Part shown: positions 1-10,165 of the stretch, one piece after another
Numbering within the stretch: the first letter of the stretch is position 1
Layout of the letters: every line of letters starts with the position of its first letter
Assembly: GCA_014323925.1 (NCBI GenBank)
Contig: JACONC010000002.1
Span: 58,571-122,570, forward strand
Direction of reading: 5' to 3'
DNA from: Chromatiales bacterium
Lineage (GTDB): Bacteria; Pseudomonadota; Gammaproteobacteria; Poriferisulfidales; Oxydemutatoraceae
Length of the DNA stretch: 64,000 bases
Notes under the pieces: model-generated
What the model was told of the DNA's origin: nothing
What the model saw: only the letters and a program-made list of their open reading frames with translations
Databases searched by the model: none
Position numbers and translations under genes: made by a program

Positions 1-1
1 G

Positions 2-55
2 TTGATCACTTCTGCTGCGCAGATTGCTAAGCGCTTTGAACCAGTCAGTCGTTGA
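2..55 (+). CDS. 3' end of upstream gene (partial; likely ABC permease of same operon)
   Basis: Open frame from window edge to TGA at 53-55, in frame with and immediately abutting the ABC ATPase gene; function inferred only from operon context. Confidence 0.3.
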   Translation: MITSAAQIAKRFEPVSR

Positions 56-772
56 TTGCAACTAAAAGCTATGGAACTTCAACTCAACCAGCTAAGCTAT
101 CACCGCGGTGATAAGCCACTCATTAACAATATTAATTTGCATAGTGCGTCGCAGCACTGTACTGCCTTGTTAGGTGAAAATGGCGCTGGCAAGACCTTAC
201 TGCTCTATTTATGCCACGGCTTGCTCAAGCCAAGTTGCGGTGAAGTATTGTGGAACGCACATCCGCCCCACGCTTGGCGAGGGGCGATTACTATGGTGTT
301 TCAAAAGCCTCTTTTACTCAGACGCACTGCGTATAAAAACATAGACCACGCATTGTTTTTGCAAGGACTGCCTAGGGCGAAGCGCACCACGCGCATCATG
401 ACTGCTCTAGAGCAGGTCGGTATGACCGAATATAGGGAATGTCATGCCCATCTATTGTCGGGCGGACAGCAACAACGCCTTGCTATCGCCCGTGCTTGGG
501 CATTACAACCGTCGGTAGTTCTGATGGATGAACCGACTTCGGACCTTGATATAAACTCGGCAGCAACAGTTGAGAATATCATAAAAGATATGCAGCGCAG
601 TGGCATAAAAATAATTATTACAACGCATAATCTTGCACAAGTAAAGCGCCTGTGTGATGAAGTGATATTTATGAATCGAGGAAGACTGTTGTCCCATTCA
701 AACAAGGATGATTTTTTCAAAGGGGCAACCGAAAAGCCGATATGTACATTTATACAATCGCAAGAGTTTTAG
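56..772 (+). CDS. ABC transporter ATP-binding protein (tungstate/molybdate-type, TupC-like)
   Basis: Walker A GENGAGKT, ABC signature LSGGQQQR, Walker B VLMDEPTS; ORF-track start at 56 is TTG, likely real ATG at 71 (MELQLN...); followed by TupA-like binding protein. Confidence 0.7.
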   Translation: MQLKAMELQLNQLSYHRGDKPLINNINLHSASQHCTALLGENGAGKTLLLYLCHGLLKPSCGEVLWNAHPPHAWRGAITMVFQKPLLLRRTAYKNIDHALFLQGLPRAKRTTRIMTALEQVGMTEYRECHAHLLSGGQQQRLAIARAWALQPSVVLMDEPTSDLDINSAATVENIIKDMQRSGIKIIITTHNLAQVKRLCDEVIFMNRGRLLSHSNKDDFFKGATEKPICTFIQSQEF

Positions 773-1581
773 TTGTCATTGTGGCGTTAACTGCTGTTGT
801 GCAAGCCACCGAACGCCGCATCGTTTTGGCTTCCACGACATCCGCAGACAACTCTGGTTTGTACGATTATCTATTACCTAGGTTTACTGCTACGACTGGT
901 ATAAGAGTAGATGTGATTGCTGCTGGTACTGGGCGCGCGCTCAAAATCGCCGAGCAAGGTGATGCTGATTTGTTAATAGTGCACGACGAACAGTCGGAAT
1001 TGGCTTTTGTCAACTCCGGCTACGGTATAGATCGCTGTACATTTATGTATAACGATTATGTACTCGTGGGAGCTGCGGCAGATAATCTCAGCATCAGCAA
1101 CAACCCGACCACGGACATTGCCCAAGCAATGCAAATAATTGCTACCAACGCCGCTACTTTTATATCACGCGGTGACGATAGCGGAACGCATAAAAAGGAA
1201 CTTGCCTTATGGGCTTTAGCTGGCGTTGATATAACTGCCGCCGACGCTTGGTATCGAGAGGTCGGTGCTGGCATGGGAGCGACCTTAAATATCGCCAACG
1301 AACTATCGGCTTATACTCTAGCCGACCGCTCTACTTGGATTAGCTTTAATAACCGCGACAATTTAGTCATCGTAAAGGAAAACGACCCATTGCTGTATAA
1401 CTATTACAGTGTCATACTAGTCAATCCCAAACGATGGTCTAAAATTAACTCGCAAGATGCACGTTCTTTTTATCAATGGTTACTTTCCCCACAAAGCCTA
1501 GAGTTGATAAAGTCCTTTAATATCCGGGGTCTACAGTTATTTTATCCTCTGAAAATAGACCATTCGTCCGAATTTTGCTAG
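742..1581 (+). CDS. Periplasmic substrate-binding protein, TupA-like (tungstate ABC transporter)
   Basis: N-terminal signal-like hydrophobic segment; TupA-type anion-binding motifs 'ASTTSADNSGL' and 'AAGTGRALKIAEQGDADLLIVH'. Confidence 0.6.
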   Translation: MYIYTIARVLVVIVALTAVVQATERRIVLASTTSADNSGLYDYLLPRFTATTGIRVDVIAAGTGRALKIAEQGDADLLIVHDEQSELAFVNSGYGIDRCTFMYNDYVLVGAAADNLSISNNPTTDIAQAMQIIATNAATFISRGDDSGTHKKELALWALAGVDITAADAWYREVGAGMGATLNIANELSAYTLADRSTWISFNNRDNLVIVKENDPLLYNYYSVILVNPKRWSKINSQDARSFYQWLLSPQSLELIKSFNIRGLQLFYPLKIDHSSEFC

Positions 1582-1743
1582 CAGCTACTGGACATTTGTT
1601 ATATTAAAGGATAGGCCTAAGCCTAAAAAAGCTAAAACAGTTTATGGCTTGCACTGGTACTTGCATTTTGTCGGTTTGGCGCCATATATGATAAACTTTA
1701 CATAACAAAAGCAGCCGAGATTGGATATCGAGAGAGGTGAGAA

Positions 1744-3681
1744 ATGAGTGACTTTTTAAAAAACCTAGTTTTGTGGATCATAATCGCTGCCGTAATGATG
1801 GCAGTGTTTAATAATTTTATCGGCAAAAGAGAACCGATGTCAGATATCTCTTATTCAAGATTTATTGCTGATGTAGAAAATCAACAAGTGCGTAGTGCTG
1901 AGATAGATCCTGACAAACGTACGATTACCGGATACTACACCGACAACCGCCGCTTTGTCACTTATATGCCGCAAGATCCGCAGTTGGTCGATCAGTTGCT
2001 TAGTAATAATGTAGAGATTATGACTAAACCGATAGAAAAGCCTTCTTTATTTATGGATATTTTAATCAGCTGGTTCCCGATGTTGCTACTAATTGGTGTT
2101 TGGATTTTCTTTATGCGCCAAATGCAGGGTAGTATTGGTGGACGCGGCGGTGCTATGTCTTTCGGCAAGAGCCGAGCTCGTCTAATGGGAGAAGATCAAA
2201 TTAAGGTAACATTCAAAGATGTTGCCGGTGTAGAGGAAGCTAAAGAGGAAGTACTAGAACTGGTTGATTTCTTAAAAGACCCGGATAAATTTCAAAAGCT
2301 AGGCGGTCGTATACCCAAAGGCGTGTTGATGGTAGGTTCTCCAGGGACTGGTAAAACACTGTTGGCAAGGGCGATTGCCGGTGAAGCCAAAGTGCCATTT
2401 TTTTCTATTTCAGGTTCGGACTTCGTCGAGATGTTCGTAGGTGTAGGTGCCTCTCGGGTTAGGGATATGTTCGCGCAAGCGAAGAAACAAGCACCTTGCA
2501 TTATATTTATTGATGAGATTGATGCGGTCGGTCGCCACCGTGGCACTGGTTTAGGAGGCGGGCACGACGAGCGCGAGCAAACGCTTAATCAATTACTTGT
2601 TGAGATGGACGGTTTTGAAGGGAGTGAGAGCATCATCGTTATCGCTGCCACCAACCGCCCGGATGTCTTAGATCCGGCACTACTGAGGCCGGGTCGTTTT
2701 GATAGGCAGGTGGTTGTGCCGTTGCCTGATGTGCGAGGTCGCGAACAGATACTCAAAGTACACATGCGTAAAGTACCTATATCAGACAATGTAAAATCGG
2801 ATTATTTGGCGCGTGGCACACCGGGTTTCTCAGGTGCTGATCTTGCTAATCTAGTCAACGAAGCCTCATTATTTGCCGCGCGTTATAACAAACAGAAAGT
2901 GGAAATGGATGATTTTGAACGCGCCAAAGATAAAATTATGATGGGTGCTGAGCGTAAATCTATGGTGATGAGTGAAGAGGAGAAGAAATTAACCGCTTAT
3001 CACGAGTCTGGACATGCCATCGTCGGTCGTTTAGTGCCGTCGCACGATCCGGTCTATAAGGTGACGATTATTCCTCGTGGTAGAGCGTTGGGTGTGACTA
3101 TGTTTTTGCCTGAGGAAGACCGCTATAGCCACACTCGTCAGCGTCTCAATAGTCAAATATCCAGTCTATTCGGTGGACGGGTTGCCGAAGAATTGATTTT
3201 TGGCGACGACTCGGTCACTACGGGTGCTTCCAACGATATAGAACGCGCAACCGAACTAGCCCGTAATATGGTTACAAAATGGGGTTTATCCGACCGTCTG
3301 GGGCCGTTAAATTATAGTGAGGAAGAAGGCCATCCGTTTCTAGGTAATAAAATGGCGCAACAAGCTAAAACATTTTCCGATAAAACAACAAAGACTATAG
3401 ATGAAGAAACCTCGCGTATTATTTCGGAGAACTACCAACGTACTAAAACCATACTGGAAGAAAATCTGGATAAATTGCATTTGATGGCTGACGCACTTAT
3501 GAAATACGAAACTATCGACAGCAACCAGATTGACGAAATTATGGAAGGTAAAGTACCGTCTCCGCCGGAAGGGTGGTCCGACGGTGACGATAGCAGTAGT
3601 ACTCCGCCTAAAGAAGCGCAGGATCAAGATGGTGATCAACCCCGGGACGATAAGCTAGGCGATCCGGCCAGTTCTCATTAA
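1744..3681 (+). CDS. ftsH: ATP-dependent zinc metalloprotease FtsH
   Basis: N-terminal TM segments, AAA Walker A GSPGTGKT, Walker [17 protein letters not shown] zinc motif (HESGHAIV); strong RBS GAGAGGTGAG. Confidence 0.95.
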   Translation: MSDFLKNLVLWIIIAAVMMAVFNNFIGKREPMSDISYSRFIADVENQQVRSAEIDPDKRTITGYYTDNRRFVTYMPQDPQLVDQLLSNNVEIMTKPIEKPSLFMDILISWFPMLLLIGVWIFFMRQMQGSIGGRGGAMSFGKSRARLMGEDQIKVTFKDVAGVEEAKEEVLELVDFLKDPDKFQKLGGRIPKGVLMVGSPGTGKTLLARAIAGEAKVPFFSISGSDFVEMFVGVGASRVRDMFAQAKKQAPCIIFIDEIDAVGRHRGTGLGGGHDEREQTLNQLLVEMDGFEGSESIIVIAATNRPDVLDPALLRPGRFDRQVVVPLPDVRGREQILKVHMRKVPISDNVKSDYLARGTPGFSGADLANLVNEASLFAARYNKQKVEMDDFERAKDKIMMGAERKSMVMSEEEKKLTAYHESGHAIVGRLVPSHDPVYKVTIIPRGRALGVTMFLPEEDRYSHTRQRLNSQISSLFGGRVAEELIFGDDSVTTGASNDIERATELARNMVTKWGLSDRLGPLNYSEEEGHPFLGNKMAQQAKTFSDKTTKTIDEETSRIISENYQRTKTILEENLDKLHLMADALMKYETIDSNQIDEIMEGKVPSPPEGWSDGDDSSSTPPKEAQDQDGDQPRDDKLGDPASSH

Positions 3682-3687
3682 ACAGTC

Positions 3688-3715
3688 AAGCCGTGCTGCA
3701 TAAATACACGGCTTT
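3688..3715 (+). terminator. Putative hairpin downstream of ftsH
   Basis: Inverted repeat AAGCCGTG...CACGGCTT followed by TTT. Confidence 0.4.
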
Positions 3716-3802
3716 AGAGGGCAGTTGCACGCTTTCACCAAAAGATAGCCCAAAGGGTTTGCTTTTTCCTGTGCTCTACTATTGAATCAACGGTGACAAT
3801 AA

Positions 3803-5164
3803 ATGGCTTCTAAAACTAAATTTTTTGGTACTGATGGTGTGCGCGGGCGCGTAGGCCAACCGCCTATGGATCCGAATACCGTACTAAAATTAGGTTGGGC
3901 AGTAGGTAAAACTCTGGGAGCCCAACATAACGCTAAAGTGTTGGTCGGTAAAGACACTCGTATTTCGGGATATATGTTTGAATCGGCTCTAGAAGCAGGT
4001 CTGTCGGCCGCGGGTGCCGATATCGGTTTGTTAGGTCCTTTTCCTACGCCCGGCATCGCCTATTTGACTCAAACCACGAAGGCTTGCGCTGGTATCGTAA
4101 TTAGTGCATCGCACAATCCGTATCACGATAACGGGATTAAGCTATTTTCTAACAAAGCAACCAAGCTTTCCGAACAACAAGAAATTGAAATAGAACATTG
4201 CTTAACCCATCAGATAGAGGATATAGATATCTCGAGCCTTGGTAAAGCTTTTCGTGTTTTGGAAGCGGAGGATCTTTATTATAGTTTTTGCAGGAATGTG
4301 CTACCACCTAAAATGAATTTGCAAGGTCTAAAGATAGTAGTTGATTGTGCCCATGGTGCGAACTATCGTATCGCCCCTAGAATATATTCCGATTTAGCTG
4401 CCAATCTGGAAGTCATCGGCGCGAAACCTAACGGCTTTAATATCAACGACGGTGTTGGGACTATGCATCCGCAAATGCTACAGCATCAGGTTTTAGAAAA
4501 CAAAGCCGATTTAGGGATTGCCTTTGACGGTGACGGCGACCGGCTATTGATGGTTGACGACTCAGGAGAACTCGTAGACGGCGACCAGTTGCTATTCTTA
4601 CTGGCTAAGCATGCGCAGCATCGGAAAAAATTAAAAGGTGGAGTAGTCGGCACTACGATGAGTAATTTTGGCTTGGAGCGCGCCTTGACCGAATGCGGAA
4701 TACCGTTTGTTCGCACTGAAGTGGGAGACCGATATGTTTTGCATAAACTTCAAGACAAACAGTGGCAATGGGGGGGGGAGACTTCGGGGCATATAGTCTG
4801 TTTGGATAAGGCGGCCACTGGCGATGCGATTATTGCCTCGCTACTTGTTTTACAGGCACTTATAGAAACCGATTGCACTTTGGCGGAAGCAGTTGCACCA
4901 ATGGAAAAATATCCACAAGCCCATGCCAATGTATCGATAGGTAATATTCATAACGGTGGCTTGCTGAAATTAGCATCGCCGGTTGAGGATATTATTAATC
5001 GTGCGCGTGAAGCATTGGCTGAGCAAGGACGCGTGTTGATTAGACCCTCTGGCACTGAGCCGATGTTACGCATTATGGTTGAGTCGCATAGCGAAGATGA
5101 GAGCCGATTATGGGCTGAGCGCATTGCTGTGGCTGCGCGTGAAAATTTACCGCGAAATTCTTAG
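3803..5164 (+). CDS. glmM: Phosphoglucosamine mutase
   Basis: Phosphoserine loop ISASHNPYHDNG, Mg site DGDGDR, sugar loop GGETSGH; synteny ftsH-glmM. Confidence 0.95.
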   Translation: MASKTKFFGTDGVRGRVGQPPMDPNTVLKLGWAVGKTLGAQHNAKVLVGKDTRISGYMFESALEAGLSAAGADIGLLGPFPTPGIAYLTQTTKACAGIVISASHNPYHDNGIKLFSNKATKLSEQQEIEIEHCLTHQIEDIDISSLGKAFRVLEAEDLYYSFCRNVLPPKMNLQGLKIVVDCAHGANYRIAPRIYSDLAANLEVIGAKPNGFNINDGVGTMHPQMLQHQVLENKADLGIAFDGDGDRLLMVDDSGELVDGDQLLFLLAKHAQHRKKLKGGVVGTTMSNFGLERALTECGIPFVRTEVGDRYVLHKLQDKQWQWGGETSGHIVCLDKAATGDAIIASLLVLQALIETDCTLAEAVAPMEKYPQAHANVSIGNIHNGGLLKLASPVEDIINRAREALAEQGRVLIRPSGTEPMLRIMVESHSEDESRLWAERIAVAARENLPRNS

Positions 5165-5172
5165 CTCCAGCG

Positions 5173-5922
5173 ATGGCAAATCCTCTACTAGTTGCTAACT
5201 GGAAATCGCACGGCAACCTGCACAAAAATCAAATATGGATAAAGCAATTTTTGGCACAGCCTTTATCCGCAGATATTGATTTGGTGGTCTGTCCACCGTT
5301 TCCTTATATCCCACAGCTACTCGATTTGTGTAAAGGCACTACGGTCGCAGTCGGCGCACAGAATTTGAGTGCATATCAACAGGGAGCTTATACTGGAGAA
5401 GTTTCGGCAGACATGCTTAGAGATTTGGGTTGCCGGTATGTTATTATTGGACACTCTGAGAGACGCTCTTTGCAAGCCGAAGACGATAAACAGCTTACTC
5501 TCAAGTTGCAAATGGCGATTGACTGTGATTTGATACCTATATTTTGCGTAGGTGAAACATTGCAGCAGCGCGAGCAGGCACAAACTCAAGCGGTGTTGAG
5601 CGATCAGTTATCGGCTATAGTATCAGTGCTAAAAAGCACATCGTTTATACTCGCTTATGAGCCGATTTGGGCGATAGGCAGCGGACAAACCGCAACGCCT
5701 GAGCAAGCGCAGCAGGTGCATCGCTTTTTGCGTGAATATTTAATCGAACGGTTGAGTAACAACGCAGCTGAGATTAGTATAATATATGGAGGTAGCGTTA
5801 ATCCGAATAATGCAAAGGAGTTATTTGCCGAGCGCGACATAAGTGGTGGTTTGGTTGGCGGTGCTTCGTTAAAAGCCGAAGATTTTTCACAAATATATGG
5901 CGCCTTCAAAGAAATGATATAA
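5173..5922 (+). CDS. tpiA: Triose-phosphate isomerase
   Basis: TIM motifs VANWK, IIGHSERR, AYEPIWAIGSG, GGSV. Confidence 0.9.
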   Translation: MANPLLVANWKSHGNLHKNQIWIKQFLAQPLSADIDLVVCPPFPYIPQLLDLCKGTTVAVGAQNLSAYQQGAYTGEVSADMLRDLGCRYVIIGHSERRSLQAEDDKQLTLKLQMAIDCDLIPIFCVGETLQQREQAQTQAVLSDQLSAIVSVLKSTSFILAYEPIWAIGSGQTATPEQAQQVHRFLREYLIERLSNNAAEISIIYGGSVNPNNAKELFAERDISGGLVGGASLKAEDFSQIYGAFKEMI

Positions 5923-5939
5923 GTTACAGGATATATTTT

Positions 5940-6425
5940 ATGTTATACAATGTTTTATTGGGATTTGAGACCATACTGGCGATTGTTATAGTCGTATTGA
6001 TTTTGCTGCATCGTGGGCGCGGTTCCGAAGCGGGTGCGGTTTTTACTGGCGGCTCTTCGGCTTCGGTTTTCGGTTCCAGAGGTTCCACGCCATTTCTAAC
6101 TAAACTGATAGCCTCGCTTGCCTTCGTTTTTATATTGAACAGTCTTAGCTTGGCTTATATCGCCAATCGCGATTTTGGTAGCGGTAGTGTGATAGAAGAA
6201 ATTAACATAGAGCAGCCACCAGTGGTAGATAGCTTGCCTGTTGACGCCGAAGATGATTTACCTGTAGAGGAAGAAGTGTTCGTCGATGAATTTATCGATG
6301 ATATACCAGAACAGATTATAGAACAGGAATCTAACGAAGATCTCTCGGATATTCCTATGCTAGACGAGAACGACCAAAGCGAAGAAACAATACCTCAAGA
6401 CTCTCCGACCGATGGAGTCCGGTAA
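5940..6425 (+). CDS. secG: Preprotein translocase subunit SecG (with long acidic C-terminal extension)
   Basis: Two TM helices with glycine-rich loop GGSSASVFGSRGS; position between tpiA/glmM and tRNA-Leu as in other gammaproteobacteria; C-terminal ~70 aa D/E-rich tail. Confidence 0.8.
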   Translation: MLYNVLLGFETILAIVIVVLILLHRGRGSEAGAVFTGGSSASVFGSRGSTPFLTKLIASLAFVFILNSLSLAYIANRDFGSGSVIEEINIEQPPVVDSLPVDAEDDLPVEEEVFVDEFIDDIPEQIIEQESNEDLSDIPMLDENDQSEETIPQDSPTDGVR

Positions 6426-6434
6426 ATAATCGGA

Positions 6435-6519
6435 GCCGATGTGGTGGAATTGGTAGACACGCTGTCTTGAGGGGGCAGTGGCGATAGCCGTGCCGGTTCG
6501 AGTCCGGCCATCGGCACCA
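6435..6519 (+). tRNA. tRNA-Leu (anticodon GAG)
   Basis: Hand-folded cloverleaf: acceptor GCCGATG/CATCGGC, anticodon loop TTGAGGG, long variable arm, T-arm GGTTCGAGTCC, 3' ACCA. Confidence 0.85.
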
Positions 6520-6534
6520 TAGTTACTACAGTTA

Positions 6535-7302
6535 TTACTCAGTTGTACTAAAGCCAGAACCCAGATATATATTACGGGCAGCTTTGTTTTTAAGTATCTC
6601 GTCGGGTGAACCATGACAGAGCACTTCACCGCCGTAGATGATATAGGCACGGTCGCAGATCTTTAGTGTTTCGCGCACATTATGGTCGGTAATAAGCAAA
6701 CCAATGCCTTGTTCCTTGAACTGCAATGTTAGTTTTTGCACTTCGCCGATGGCAATCGGATCTATGCCAGCAAAGGGTTCATCGAGTAGCATAAAAGAGG
6801 GTTCTATTGCCAGCAGTCGGGCAATTTCTACTCGTCGTCGTTCGCCACCTGATAAAGAAATAGCAAGTTGTTTGCGCACTCCTTGTAGCTTGAGTTCGTC
6901 GATTAGCTTCTCTATTTTGTCGGTTTTTTGTTTGCTTGCTAAATGCGACTGAATTTCTATCGCTGCCTTAATATTTTCTTCGACGGTCAATTTTCTAAAA
7001 ACCGATGCTGCCTGAGGTAGATAGCCGATACCTAGCTGTGCTCGTTTATGTACCGGTAATTCAGAAATATCTGAGCCGTTCAGTTTGATATGACCGCGAT
7101 TCGCTTTCAGTAATCCGACAATAGTATGGAAGGTGGTCGTTTTACCCGACCCATTGGGTCCTAGCAAGCCAACTATTTCACCGGTTCTCAGCGTTAATGA
7201 GATAGATTGAACTGCCCACAGATGCTTGTATTTTTTAGCTAAATCGACTACTTCCAATCGTTCGCTGTTATGTTTGGCATTCACGGTCAGAGGATGTATC
7301 AT
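6535..7302 (-). CDS. lptB: LPS export ABC transporter ATP-binding protein LptB
   Basis: Walker A GPNGSGKTT, signature LSGGERRRVEIAR, Walker B LLDEPFAGIDP; lptC-lptA-lptB order. Confidence 0.9.
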   Translation of the reverse strand: MIHPLTVNAKHNSERLEVVDLAKKYKHLWAVQSISLTLRTGEIVGLLGPNGSGKTTTFHTIVGLLKANRGHIKLNGSDISELPVHKRAQLGIGYLPQAASVFRKLTVEENIKAAIEIQSHLASKQKTDKIEKLIDELKLQGVRKQLAISLSGGERRRVEIARLLAIEPSFMLLDEPFAGIDPIAIGEVQKLTLQFKEQGIGLLITDHNVRETLKICDRAYIIYGGEVLCHGSPDEILKNKAARNIYLGSGFSTTE

Positions 7303-7784
7303 TCAACAGCTTCGGTCTCGGGTTGGATAATCAGTCTGACGCGATTTTTTTTCTTTTGCATATTGACGGTCTTTTTTTCTATATCATAAATAGCATAATC
7401 GCCAGTCAATAACTTACTCTCTTCCTTGATTTTCACTTGCCCAAGAAAATCGACAATGCCTTGTTGAACTTTATACTCAATGCGCTGTGCCTCTGCTGCG
7501 ATTGTTTGTTGCTGATCGCGACGCGTCAAACGGCTCGGATTAGCGGTTGCTATCAGCTTTGATACTTTATCGTCAACGGTGTGCACTTCAACCATATCAC
7601 CTTCAAGCGTTATATCACCCTGTGATATTTTGACATTGCCGCGATAGATAGCCACCCCAGTTCGATTGTTATAACTCACGCTATCCGCTTCCAACTCTAG
7701 AGCATCTTTGGCTTGTCCTATAACCCCTCCCGCTATCGTTGTTAAGAGTAGCACTGCCGTAATTATGTTTCTTAACTTAACCAT
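7299..7784 (-). CDS. lptA: LPS transport periplasmic protein LptA
   Basis: Signal peptide plus OstA-like beta-jellyroll sequence; 4-bp overlap with lptB. Confidence 0.75.
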   Translation of the reverse strand: MVKLRNIITAVLLLTTIAGGVIGQAKDALELEADSVSYNNRTGVAIYRGNVKISQGDITLEGDMVEVHTVDDKVSKLIATANPSRLTRRDQQQTIAAEAQRIEYKVQQGIVDFLGQVKIKEESKLLTGDYAIYDIEKKTVNMQKKKNRVRLIIQPETEAVE

Positions 7785-7798
7785 GTGTCACATTGAGT

Positions 7799-8353
7799 TC
7801 AACGAGTATTCAATACTTTTATATTTGATAGAAGCCGGATAGTTTGTTTTTCTAGGTCTGCAATCATACCCATGCCTTCTGTTATTTTGTTATGTTGCTT
7901 AAATGTAGCTTTCGCGTCGGTGTAAGCTGTTTTTTTGTCTAGATCAATCGTTGCATCACTGGTATATAAATACTCCGGCATATTAGTTTGCTGATTAATA
8001 CGGTAAATAGCAACATCACCTAATAAATCAATGAGTGCAGAGTCGTTATTAATATGCCCTTTATTTGCCGAAAGATTCAGCGGGGTGGCATCAGGGGTCT
8101 GATAGATGAACAGAGGTTTTTCAAACTCTAATCCGTTATCTTGTAGGTAAAGTATCACCGGACTAGTTAGTCGGTAAAGTAAATTTGCGTTATCGTCATA
8201 GGCGTTAATCGTCGCCTCTTCAAATCGACTATTATTACCGTTTTGCAACAAGGTGTCTACGCTGAGCTTGAAGTCGGCTTGCATCGTGCTACTCAGCAGC
8301 GCAATTAAGCCTAACGATAGGCAATATAAGCTAAATGAAAGTTGTTTATACAA
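7799..8353 (-). CDS. lptC: LPS export system protein LptC
   Basis: N-terminal TM anchor, size and position upstream of lptA. Confidence 0.6.
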   Translation of the reverse strand: MYKQLSFSLYCLSLGLIALLSSTMQADFKLSVDTLLQNGNNSRFEEATINAYDDNANLLYRLTSPVILYLQDNGLEFEKPLFIYQTPDATPLNLSANKGHINNDSALIDLLGDVAIYRINQQTNMPEYLYTSDATIDLDKKTAYTDAKATFKQHNKITEGMGMIADLEKQTIRLLSNIKVLNTR

Positions 8354-8376
8354 TGTTTTGTCTGTATTCCTGGTAG

Positions 8377-9069
8377 CTAAAGAGATTCTTTATTTGCTGA
8401 TGGTAATGTTTCATAAGAGTTGAAAATCTTGCAGAATACTTTTGCCGTGGCTTGAGCATCGTAGAGTGCTGAATGTGCCGAATTAGCATTCCATTCATAA
8501 CCGGCGACATCGGCAATTTTTGCCAGTACCGTTTGCTTATAAGCGAGTGCGCCCAAGGTGACCGTATCTAGACTACTAAATTTGTGAAAAGGATTATTTT
8601 TGACATTACTGCGGTGGATTGCAGCATTTAAAAATTTAAGGTCAAAAAAAGAATTGTGTCCGACGAGTATAGCTCGGCTACATCTATAGTACTGAAGTTC
8701 AGCGTGTATTTTATTAAAGGCAGTAGTCAATGCTTCGCGTTCGTCTAGTGCTAGTCGTAGCGGGCTGTAGGGATCGATACCGTTGACCTTAAGTGCGGTG
8801 GCTTCTAAGTTGGAACCTTGAAATGGCTTTACATGGTAATGCAAAGTTGTTTTTTCATACAACTTAAAGTTCCGATCAACACCAATAACGACCACTGCGA
8901 ATTCTAACAACGCATCAGTTTTTTCGTTGTAGCCGCCGGTTTCTATATCAACCACAACAGGTAAGAAGGAGCGAAACCGTTCTTGCATCCAATTTATTTG
9001 TTCGTTGTGTTGAGCGTTCACATCTACTTTCACTACAGCCGGATTATCCACGGGCAATACTCCATTCAA
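8377..9069 (-). CDS. rnt: Ribonuclease T (DEDDh 3'-5' exonuclease)
   Basis: Collinear with E. coli RNase T: VVVDIETGGYN, HNSFFDLKFL, HSALYDAQATAKVF. Confidence 0.9.
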   Translation of the reverse strand: MNGVLPVDNPAVVKVDVNAQHNEQINWMQERFRSFLPVVVDIETGGYNEKTDALLEFAVVVIGVDRNFKLYEKTTLHYHVKPFQGSNLEATALKVNGIDPYSPLRLALDEREALTTAFNKIHAELQYYRCSRAILVGHNSFFDLKFLNAAIHRSNVKNNPFHKFSSLDTVTLGALAYKQTVLAKIADVAGYEWNANSAHSALYDAQATAKVFCKIFNSYETLPSANKESL

Positions 9070-10081
9070 GTTTCTGGTTTGCTAACATAGGCACGATGTT
9101 CTCATCGCCAATATACTCAGCAACATGCATCGCTTTTTTCACTAGTTTAATCCGTTTTTTGTTGGTAGGAAGTTTATAAAAGCGCGCCCCGTTGATGCTT
9201 GAGAATTGCTCTAGTTTATGCAATTTGTGTTGGTTTTCAAATATTTGCGCATAAACACTCATTGCAACTGGTGCGTTGAATATACCAGCACAACCACAAG
9301 CACTCTCTTTTGCCGAACGGCTGTGTGGTGCGCTATCAGTACCTAGGAAAAAGCACTTGTACCCACTGCAAGCGGCTTCTATCAATGCTGTGCGATGTCT
9401 GTCACGCTGTGGTAGAGGCAAACAGTAGTTGTGCGGATGTAATCCTCCATCAAATAGCGCGTTGCGCGTATATAAAAGATGATGCGGTGTAATCGTCGCC
9501 GAAGTATAGTCGTCGTTATCCTTAACATATTGCACGGCGTCGCTCGTTGTAATATGTTCAAAAACGATTCTTAGCTCTGGGAATTGCTTTCTAATCGGCG
9601 TGAGACTGTTGTCAATAAAATGTTTCTCACGATCGAAGATATCTAGATCAGGGTCAGTGCTTTCGCCATGTACTAAAAGCGGTAGATCGCATTGTTGCAG
9701 TGCTTCTAAAATATGATAGATCGTGTCAACTGATCCAATGCCTTTTTCGGAATGTGTGGTTACTCCCCGAGGATATAATTTAACGCCATGAATAAAGTCG
9801 CAGGCTGCAGCCGCCCTAATAGTTTGTGCTGACATATCGTCGGTTAGATAAAGCGTCATCAATGGTTCAAAATCGGCAACCGCTGCAAGAATCCTGTTTT
9901 TATAGTCGCGGCACTGTGCAACTGTAGTTACAGGAGGACTTAAATTAGGCATAATGATTGCTCTCTTGAACACATCTGCACTATACCTTGCAACTGTTCG
10001 CAGTGTGTCCCCATCCCTCAAATGCAAATGCCAATCGTCGGGTTGAATAATTGTTAATTCCGATAATTCATGCTTGACCAT
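9044..10081 (-). CDS. pyrC: Dihydroorotase (class II, homodimeric type)
   Basis: DWHLHLRD metal-binding motif at N-terminus, ~345 aa as E. coli PyrC. Confidence 0.85.
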   Translation of the reverse strand: MVKHELSELTIIQPDDWHLHLRDGDTLRTVARYSADVFKRAIIMPNLSPPVTTVAQCRDYKNRILAAVADFEPLMTLYLTDDMSAQTIRAAAACDFIHGVKLYPRGVTTHSEKGIGSVDTIYHILEALQQCDLPLLVHGESTDPDLDIFDREKHFIDNSLTPIRKQFPELRIVFEHITTSDAVQYVKDNDDYTSATITPHHLLYTRNALFDGGLHPHNYCLPLPQRDRHRTALIEAACSGYKCFFLGTDSAPHSRSAKESACGCAGIFNAPVAMSVYAQIFENQHKLHKLEQFSSINGARFYKLPTNKKRIKLVKKAMHVAEYIGDENIVPMLANQKLEWSIARG

Positions 10082-10165
10082 AGCTGTTATTATATAAGAC
10101 CGCTTATAATATGCAGTTTAACTAGGTTTAATTAGATATGATAAGAGAAATTTTGAGTCACGCCC

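Noticed and set aside
442-720. Antisense ORFs (92 and 64 aa) inside the ABC ATPase gene, and similar antisense ORFs inside ftsH, glmM, tpiA, pnp, hscA, argG, lysC and the Type ISP gene
   Set aside because: They lie wholly within, and opposite to, genes with strong motif-level conservation. They have low-complexity or Cys/Ser/Arg-rich translations typical of reverse-strand artefacts.
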